A DNA stretch of 20,670 bases from an uncultured bacterium. GTDB lineage: Bacteria > Hydrogenedentota > Hydrogenedentia > Hydrogenedentales > JAEUWI01. The first letter of the stretch is position 1. Each line of letters opens with the position of its first letter. The notes under the pieces are model-generated. The model did no database searches, was not told the DNA's origin, and was given only the letters and a program-made list of their open reading frames with translations. A program made the translations under genes and the position numbers. The DNA is taken from NCBI GenBank assembly GCA_963977445.1, contig CAXBPH010000110.1:1-20670 (forward strand), read 5' to 3'. Below are positions 8,906 to 15,565 of this stretch, piece by piece.

Positions 8906-10499
8906 TCATGGACTCGGCCAGCTGGTCTGGCGTCGCGCTTTCCAGCGCCAGGCGAATTTCCAGGGAAAGCACACCGTCTTCGTAGCCAAGCATCGCGCTC
9001 AGCTCAGGTATGCGCTTGGCCGACTGTTGTATTTCGGCAAAGTATTGCTCCACGGAGGCTTCGTCTTGCCCACGTATCATGCCCAGGCTCGCATAGATCA
9101 TAGCGCCCTCGTAAAGGGTCTCGACCAATTCAGGTGGGCGCACCCGCATAAACATGTGCTTCGCCTCGGAGACGGTCGCCTGTTCCATCGTCTGGGTCGT
9201 AAGCATGGCGACGTGATAGGGATGCAAAACCGTGTGAAAGTCATTGCCCGCCCAGAAGCCACTGGGCTCGACTATATCTCCCCAGCCCAAAGGCAGGCGG
9301 GTGACGCCATCTTCACCCATCACGAAGGGGCCCACGCCTTCGGGGGCGGCGGTACCATCGGTGGGGGCAGGAGGCGGCAACAACATGTTGAAGCCCTCGA
9401 GATTGGGCTTTAGAGAAACATCCAACACGGGCATGGGGACCATGCCGTCCAGATCGAATCCTGCCAGTCGGATCGAAAAACGGTCCCCCAATACGCCTGC
9501 CATCTCTTGCAGGGCGGACAAGGCGATTTCCTGTTCCGCAGCGGTCAACTGATCCAGGGGACCAAATTGTACGACTGCTTCCTGCAGGGCGTTGCCTGTC
9601 AACTGGTCCAGGGTGTCCCACACGCGCGCCAGGGGCACACCAAAGTCGCCGGCGATGACCAGGCCACCGTGCTCTGGCGCACTCATCTCACCACGTGGTT
9701 TGGGCAGATTGAGCGCATCAAACTGTGCCCGCCACTCCGGTTTCAATATGGCGTGACTCGAAAATGCGATGGCCGTCGCCGCAAGATCGAGACGGCAGTC
9801 GGCCTGCTCGAAGTACGCACCGAGGGGCTCGTCCTGCGAAAATGCGACCCGTCCTTCAAGATCGTCGACACCGTCGAGACCGGCCGTCTCCAGGGTTTCG
9901 ATGGCGTCGGTTTCGCGCAGGGTCAATGCCCGAACAATAGCATCACGGGATGGGCTGAAGATGAGGGTACGTCCTCGAACGGCGTAGTAGCCGTCCACGT
10001 TCTCAAGGCGACGCAGGGCGAGGCCTCCAGCGTGCTCATCTTCGATACCATCCATAAAACGGTGATAGCGTTCGAGGAGGGCGCCGATGCGACTCATTCG
10101 TGTAACCACGAGGAGGTCACTGAACGCAACGAAGTCGGTGCCCGACACATAACAGACATCGGACACCAGATTGTTTAAGACCCAATCGGGATAGCCAAAG
10201 CTGTTCCCCATCCATGTGGGTATTTGCGCGTAGGCATCAGGGACGAGACCGGTTTCCCAAAGGGCCGAATGGGCCAGTTCCTGGCGGGAATAAAGCAGAT
10301 CCCGGGCCTGAAAATAATAAGTCTGGTTTCCGGGGATAACCCGCTCAACCGGACAATTGTCTCGGGTCGTCCAGATCAGCCAGAGGGTACCCACCGCCAA
10401 GGAAATCAGCGCAACCCAACGAATAAGTCCGCCGGGGCGCCCGGGCCCACTGTAGTTTCCACCCCTTGGAGGTCGATAGCTTCGTATCGCTTCACTCAT
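8892..10499 (-). CDS. Hypothetical membrane-anchored protein (535 aa)
   Basis: Long ORF with a single N-terminal TM (LIRWVALISLAVGTLWLIW); ATGA overlap with the upstream gene at 10496-10499; 14-bp convergent overlap with ltaE. No family recognised. Confidence 0.8.
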   Translation of the reverse strand: MSEAIRSYRPPRGGNYSGPGRPGGLIRWVALISLAVGTLWLIWTTRDNCPVERVIPGNQTYYFQARDLLYSRQELAHSALWETGLVPDAYAQIPTWMGNSFGYPDWVLNNLVSDVCYVSGTDFVAFSDLLVVTRMSRIGALLERYHRFMDGIEDEHAGGLALRRLENVDGYYAVRGRTLIFSPSRDAIVRALTLRETDAIETLETAGLDGVDDLEGRVAFSQDEPLGAYFEQADCRLDLAATAIAFSSHAILKPEWRAQFDALNLPKPRGEMSAPEHGGLVIAGDFGVPLARVWDTLDQLTGNALQEAVVQFGPLDQLTAAEQEIALSALQEMAGVLGDRFSIRLAGFDLDGMVPMPVLDVSLKPNLEGFNMLLPPPAPTDGTAAPEGVGPFVMGEDGVTRLPLGWGDIVEPSGFWAGNDFHTVLHPYHVAMLTTQTMEQATVSEAKHMFMRVRPPELVETLYEGAMIYASLGMIRGQDEASVEQYFAEIQQSAKRIPELSAMLGYEDGVLSLEIRLALESATPDQLAESMTTEP

Positions 10500-12856
10500 T
10501 CTACTTCCCCTCGCTTCAAGGTATGGTTGGTATATTCCCCGGGCATTCCCGACTCGCCGAGACGTGCGACGCTCATCAGGCCCCGTTGGGGCAGGAGAAT
10601 CACGCTCTGCCGCGTCTGGCTATTCCAAAGACGACGACGTTCGGTGTCGCCTACGGTCCCATCGGTCAGGGTACGTTTTAACTCTTCGACCCCTACGATG
10701 CGCTCACTTCCGAGGGCACTTTCGAGGTATTGGTAGCGCTCCCGCGTTGCTTCATCCGACCCTTCGTGAACGATGTCGACACCAAAGAGGAGCCCTTCTT
10801 CCACGTTGCGGAGGGCAATTCCGTCGCCCAGAGAGATGACTGCAGTCATCCAGCCTGATTTTCCCGGCCCGGAAAGGAGGACGCGGCCATTTTCATGTTG
10901 CACGGCGTTGCCCAGGTATTCCAGCGCCGCTTCATAGGTCGCAGTTCGCTGCAGGATGTCACGCAAAACAAAATCTATAGGCAGGCCTATTGCGCCCCCA
11001 TCGGGCTGCCCGTCCAATTCCAGAACCGCCACGGTAACGCCGGCATCGTTCATGCCCACGAACGCACCCATCTGCCAATCGAAACCGGTTTGCAAATAGA
11101 CGTGGCCCTCCGAGGGCTCTACCGTAGTCAGGACGGACAGGTCCGTCCAGGGCCAGTCGAGATTGAGCCCGATAATCGTTTGGTCGGCCCCCGCACGCTC
11201 GCCCACGATCGCGACTACCGTACTCATAGGTGATTGAAACCAGGGGGCGTCATCGCCGGGGTAGACAGACGCCCCAACGCTTTGCAAAAGCCAGAAGGCA
11301 TCTACTGGCATCGCTACCGCCGCAGCGCCTGCTTCCACTTCGGCCAACACCGTTTCATCAAGGCGCTGTAGCATGGGCCGGGCTTCGGCGGCCAAAGGAA
11401 GCATCGCCAACGGGGTGGGGTCAAGCATCGGGGGAAAATAGGGCCAGGCACCACCAACGGGACGGAGATCGCCCTTTCGGACCGCTTCAAGCACAACGGT
11501 GTTGTATCGGGCCCGCATGGACGATGCAAATCGAACTGCCCGCTGACGACCCCGCTCCGCCGCGTCGCCGCGCAGGGCAATTTCTTCGCTCTTCGAGGTG
11601 GACTCCGTATTCGTCGAATCGGCCGTTGGGGGATTTTCTACCGGCACCCCGCGAAGCATGGCATCCACATTGGCGTAGAGCCAATCGGCCATGTCGGGAC
11701 CATAGGGATGCCGACTGGCCTCAGGTGTCCCCGATGCAAAACCGGACCGCGGTACGATATTGCCAATGTAGGCATTGGCGGCGGCGACGGTAAATTGATT
11801 CTGGTAGCCCAGGGCGGACGCTTGCTTCCGCAGCGCCAATCCAATTTCCACATCGGGCACGGCCGGTAGGAAAACGAGGAGGAGTCCATCGATTTCCAGG
11901 GCCTGAAGTACGGTCGTCGAAGGCATGGTGGCATCGGCAATGGTCGAAGGCAACTGGACTTCCCGGTAATAGGATTTCAATCGGGCGTCGCGGAAGGTCA
12001 TCTTGTTGGCGACTTCCTTGGCACGACCGGCCAGCAGGCGCCCTACCGCTTCAATGGCAGCCCAGCTCTGTTGGCTTTCGGGATTGGCGGTCACCTGTCC
12101 CCCACCGGCTCCGAGCAGAAACATGGCCTTGCAGCCGGGATCGGTGAGTTCCTCCATGGCGGTATAGTAGGCACCGGGATAGTCGGCCGAAAATTGATAG
12201 CGCTGCGCCGCGGGTACCATGTGTGGCATGGCCGCAAAATTGGTCGCAACGGCAATGGCCTGGCCATCAGCATTGTCTACCCGTATAACCCCGATTTGCT
12301 CATCGACGGGGCCACCGGTTTCATTGGCGTTGGCGGAGAGTACCTGTTGACGCGCTGTTCCGTAGCCGACAGTCGCGCGCTGGGAAACCGCCTCGGCTCC
12401 CTGCATGGAAACGATGATTTTTTCCGCGATCTCTTCCACAAGAACCGGGTTATATCGACCGTCGCTCCAGCGAAGGGGCAAGCTCTCTTCCATGGAACCC
12501 GGACCGTTGCCTGTATGGGTTGCGGTGAGAAAAATATTCTCTTTATTGGCCAGGCCTGCGGCAAGGGCAACAACCCGTTCCCGAAGGCTTTGGGGGATGT
12601 GATGTATATCGAGGGTCAGAAGATAAATCTTCGTCGTGCCATCGTCGAGACGAAGACAACGAATCCACAGTGGATCGTGCTCGGCCGTCGCTGGCCGTCC
12701 CTGCCGCGCGGGATCACCTGCAAGTGGCGTACCCACGGAAAAGGTCAGGCGTTCCGCATGGGCACCGGCCTCCAGGGCATCGACCGTGGACCCGTTCCCT
12801 AAAAGAACGGGAGCCAGGATACAGAGTAGAAGACGCTTTATTAATGGTGTGTTCAT
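10496..12856 (-). CDS. Exported fusion protein: neutral-ceramidase-like domain plus C45/acid-ceramidase-type Ntn-hydrolase domain, both with degenerate catalytic motifs
   Basis: HDPLWIRCL, ATHTGNGPG, GPVDEQI, NFAAMP, SADYPG in the N-half; LRGDAAERGRQ, PMSTVVA, GLNLDW, GMNDAGVTV, GLPIDFVLRDIL in the C-half. Signal peptide; ACAGGA RBS before ATG 12856 (alternative TTG at 12874). Confidence 0.8.
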   Translation of the reverse strand: MNTPLIKRLLLCILAPVLLGNGSTVDALEAGAHAERLTFSVGTPLAGDPARQGRPATAEHDPLWIRCLRLDDGTTKIYLLTLDIHHIPQSLRERVVALAAGLANKENIFLTATHTGNGPGSMEESLPLRWSDGRYNPVLVEEIAEKIIVSMQGAEAVSQRATVGYGTARQQVLSANANETGGPVDEQIGVIRVDNADGQAIAVATNFAAMPHMVPAAQRYQFSADYPGAYYTAMEELTDPGCKAMFLLGAGGGQVTANPESQQSWAAIEAVGRLLAGRAKEVANKMTFRDARLKSYYREVQLPSTIADATMPSTTVLQALEIDGLLLVFLPAVPDVEIGLALRKQASALGYQNQFTVAAANAYIGNIVPRSGFASGTPEASRHPYGPDMADWLYANVDAMLRGVPVENPPTADSTNTESTSKSEEIALRGDAAERGRQRAVRFASSMRARYNTVVLEAVRKGDLRPVGGAWPYFPPMLDPTPLAMLPLAAEARPMLQRLDETVLAEVEAGAAAVAMPVDAFWLLQSVGASVYPGDDAPWFQSPMSTVVAIVGERAGADQTIIGLNLDWPWTDLSVLTTVEPSEGHVYLQTGFDWQMGAFVGMNDAGVTVAVLELDGQPDGGAIGLPIDFVLRDILQRTATYEAALEYLGNAVQHENGRVLLSGPGKSGWMTAVISLGDGIALRNVEEGLLFGVDIVHEGSDEATRERYQYLESALGSERIVGVEELKRTLTDGTVGDTERRRLWNSQTRQSVILLPQRGLMSVARLGESGMPGEYTNHTLKRGEVE

Positions 12857-12887
12857 AGGAGTTCCTGTGGTCAATTGGAAGGTCCGC

Positions 12888-12896
12888 AGTCTAGCA
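12888..12896 (-). promoter_or_regulatory. Putative extended -10 for the ceramidase/C45 operon
   Basis: Minus strand TG-C-TAGACT about 30 nt upstream of the start. Confidence 0.4.
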
Positions 12897-12957
12897 CGTT
12901 TTCGGTGGTTGGATAAACGCCCGAAGCTCCGAAGGGTTCCGCCAGCCCCCCTGTCGA

Positions 12958-12966
12958 TGATATAAT
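12958..12966 (+). promoter_or_regulatory. Extended -10 promoter for the DJ-1 gene
   Basis: TG-A-TATAAT, perfect extended -10, 60 nt upstream of ATG 13027. Confidence 0.55.
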
Positions 12967-13026
12967 AGTCCTTTGGCCCCGACCTGCAATATCAGGTCGA
13001 TTAGACGTATGGAGATAGTACCAAGT

Positions 13027-13578
13027 ATGCCTAAAGTATTGGTCCCCCTGGCTCAAGGCTGTGAAGAGCTGGAGGCGGTCACGATTATCGATTTGCTGCG
13101 ACGAGCAACTATTGACGTTGTCTCCGCAGGCCTGAATTCCGAACCGGTACGGGCGAGTCGCCGTGTCCTTCTGGTGCCCGACACCACCCTGGAAGAAGCG
13201 GTGGGTATGGACGAGTTCGACATGATAGTGCTGCCTGGTGGCCTCCCGGGTGCTGATAATCTGGCCGACTGCCCATTGTTAATTGAAACATTGCGACGAT
13301 TCGCCGCTGAGGGCAAGAAAATTGCCGCGATCTGTGCGGCTCCCCGGGTGCTGGCCACTATTGGGCTCCTCGATGGAAAACGGGCCACGGCCTATCCGGG
13401 CGCCATAGATTCCGGCAACTACCCGGGTATTTCTTACACGGGAGAGGCCGTTGAAATCGATGGACTTATCACGACGTCGCGTGGCCCGGGTACCGCAATG
13501 GATTTTACGCTGGCGTTGATTGAGCAACTTACGGATCGCAAAACGCGGGACACGGTGGAAGCGGGACTGGTCCGTTAG
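13027..13578 (+). CDS. yajL: DJ-1/PfpI family protein (YajL/ThiJ-like glyoxalase/deglycase)
   Basis: GCEELEAV, DLLRRA, DMIVLPGGLPGA, AAICAAP (nucleophile Cys), TSRGPGTAMDF. Confidence 0.9.
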   Translation: MPKVLVPLAQGCEELEAVTIIDLLRRATIDVVSAGLNSEPVRASRRVLLVPDTTLEEAVGMDEFDMIVLPGGLPGADNLADCPLLIETLRRFAAEGKKIAAICAAPRVLATIGLLDGKRATAYPGAIDSGNYPGISYTGEAVEIDGLITTSRGPGTAMDFTLALIEQLTDRKTRDTVEAGLVR

Positions 13579-13624
13579 CCGGTCATCGCCTGGCAGACCG
13601 GGCTGCGGGATTCTTGCATCGAAC

Positions 13625-13633
13625 TGGTAAAAT
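13625..13633 (+). promoter_or_regulatory. Putative extended -10 upstream of the small hypothetical and isomerase genes
   Basis: TG-G-TAAAAT. Confidence 0.4.
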
Positions 13634-13761
13634 TGATAGTTTCTAGAGACCGGTTCAGGCCGGGAGCACCTTTGTCCTACCTGGATTGGCCTATACGTCG
13701 GGCCGAAATCATTCGGTCGGATTCGGAACCGGTTTGACTGCGACGCCATAAGGATTATGAC

Positions 13762-14040
13762 GTGCCAGACGACTTTCGAGAATATATAGACCCTATTAAA
13801 CCTTCCGCGCCACTCGATCCCGTTCATCGGGGCAGTGGAATACCTCCCCTTCCGCCAAGTCGTGACGCGATTCGGGGGAAAGTGCAAGGTATACGTCGTG
13901 GTCAGGTTCACAAGGAAGGACAGCATCGTCTCGACATCTCTGTCGGGGCCGATGATTCAACGGAACTTATTATCCGCGTACCCAGCGGAGTCTATTCGGG
14001 CCTGGAGGGTAAACGCGTTATTATCTACGTGGACGATTGA
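13762..14040 (+). CDS. Small hypothetical protein (92 aa), Pro-rich N-terminus and beta-rich C-terminus
   Basis: GTG start preceded by TAAGGA; fills the gap between co-oriented genes; protein-like alternating beta-strand pattern (LDISV, ELIIRV, RVIIYV). Confidence 0.65.
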   Translation: MPDDFREYIDPIKPSAPLDPVHRGSGIPPLPPSRDAIRGKVQGIRRGQVHKEGQHRLDISVGADDSTELIIRVPSGVYSGLEGKRVIIYVDD

Positions 14041-14097
14041 TTTCGATCCACATGAATTCTGGTGTATTGAGTACACGTTACTGACAAGGAACTCCCC

Positions 14098-14949
14098 ATG
14101 TTTTTTTCTGGTATAAGCGACGAAGCCGGTCAGCCGATTGCGACGCAAATCAAGGCCCACAAGGAATTGGGTTGGAAGCATCTCGAACTGCGCATGGTCG
14201 ATGGCAAAAACATCACGCAGTTAGACGACGCCGATTTCGACGCCGTTGTAGCTGCTGTGGAAGAGGCGGAAATGAGTGTTTCCTGTTTTGGTAGCGCCAT
14301 CGCCAATTGGGCACGCCCCATCACGTGTGACGCCCAGATCGATATTGACGATCTGAAACAGGCCATTCCACGGATGAAACGTATGGGTACCGAGTTTATC
14401 CGCGTTATGAGCTATCCCAACGACCCCAAGAACCCGATCGATGAGCCGACCTGGCGCAAGGAAGCCATCGCCCGGATGAAGACCCTGGCCAAGATGGCGG
14501 AAGATGGCGGCATCATTCTGGCCCACGAGAACTGCAGTGGTTGGGGCGGCCTTTCGGCGGACAACAGCAACCTCCTGTTGCAAGAAGTAAACAGCCCGGC
14601 CCTGAAGGTGGTCTATGACACAGGGAACCCGGTCAGCTACAAACAGGATGCCTGGGATTACTACCAGACAGTCTCCGACCACATCGCCTATGTGCACATT
14701 AAAGACGCCAATCTCGTCGACGGCGAAGCGGTCTACTGCTACTGCGGTGATGGACAGGGCTTCGTGAAGGAAACGATCGCCGATATGTTGGCCAAGGGAT
14801 ATACGGGCGGATTCTCCATTGAACCCCACCTGGCCGCCATTATCCATACCGGTGCGACGACGGACAATGCCGATGAACTCTACAACTCCTATACGGAATA
14901 TGGACGTCGGCTCATGGCCATCGTCGAAGAAGTGAAGGCGGCCAAGTAG
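14098..14949 (+). CDS. Sugar phosphate isomerase/epimerase (xylose isomerase-like TIM barrel, AP_endonuc_2 family)
   Basis: SGISDEA, LAHEN, YDTGN, VHIKD, SIEPH metal-binding motifs; AAGGA RBS. Confidence 0.9.
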   Translation: MFFSGISDEAGQPIATQIKAHKELGWKHLELRMVDGKNITQLDDADFDAVVAAVEEAEMSVSCFGSAIANWARPITCDAQIDIDDLKQAIPRMKRMGTEFIRVMSYPNDPKNPIDEPTWRKEAIARMKTLAKMAEDGGIILAHENCSGWGGLSADNSNLLLQEVNSPALKVVYDTGNPVSYKQDAWDYYQTVSDHIAYVHIKDANLVDGEAVYCYCGDGQGFVKETIADMLAKGYTGGFSIEPHLAAIIHTGATTDNADELYNSYTEYGRRLMAIVEEVKAAK

Positions 14950-14975
14950 CCCCATTCTTCAATCATGCTGAGCTC

Positions 14976-15007
14976 AGGCCGGGTAGGGAACTCCTATCCG
15001 GCCTTTT
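14976..15007 (+). terminator. Intrinsic terminator after the isomerase gene
   Basis: AGGCCGGGTAGG / CCTATCCGGCCT stem followed by TTT, between convergent genes. Confidence 0.75.
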
Positions 15008-15028
15008 GCTATGGGCAGGAACAGGGCT

Positions 15029-15451
15029 TCAGCGAATCGCTTCGATGTCTTTTGCCGTCGGGGGGACCGATGATGGCTGGGCAACGTCACCCTCTGGAGC
15101 AGGTGCCTGGAGAACGTCCTGTGCCAAGACGCCGTTGCTGTCCTCTTCGGGTAACAACGGAAGTCCTCTTGATTTCACCGCCGTTCCCAGATCGACGATT
15201 TCCGCCGCGTGGGAGGCCTCCAGATTCTCGCGGGCTGCATCAATTGCTGCGCGCAGGAGCGACGTTGATTTTCCACCGGTCGCATCGGACGAGTAGGTTA
15301 CCTCAGGAGAACGCCCTCCGGATACGTGCACGAAAGAGTCGTGAACTTCCGAAGAGGATTTCGCCCTGACGCGCACGGAGTCCACAGTCCGCGTCTGATA
15401 CGGTGGCACGACAACGGGGGCCACCGTTTTATTGGTTCCATCCACATACAT
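15029..15451 (-). CDS. Hypothetical protein (140 aa), probably in the sigma-28 regulon
   Basis: ATG at 15451 preceded by GGAGGG; sigma-28-type promoter 50 nt upstream. Confidence 0.65.
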   Translation of the reverse strand: MYVDGTNKTVAPVVVPPYQTRTVDSVRVRAKSSSEVHDSFVHVSGGRSPEVTYSSDATGGKSTSLLRAAIDAARENLEASHAAEIVDLGTAVKSRGLPLLPEEDSNGVLAQDVLQAPAPEGDVAQPSSVPPTAKDIEAIR

Positions 15452-15500
15452 GACCAAACCCTCCATTGTTTGGTAGCTGACTACTACTTCACCGTCCCTT

Positions 15501-15528
15501 TTATCGGCAGCCAAGTACGGAAACTTTA
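15501..15528 (-). promoter_or_regulatory. Sigma-28 (FliA/SigD) promoter
   Basis: Minus strand TAAAGTTT-N12-GCCGATAA: both boxes match the FliA consensus, with spacing TAAA-N16-GCCGATA as in SigD-type promoters. Confidence 0.8.
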
Positions 15529-15565
15529 GCCTTCCGACAATCGCCACTACAAACCAACAGAAACA

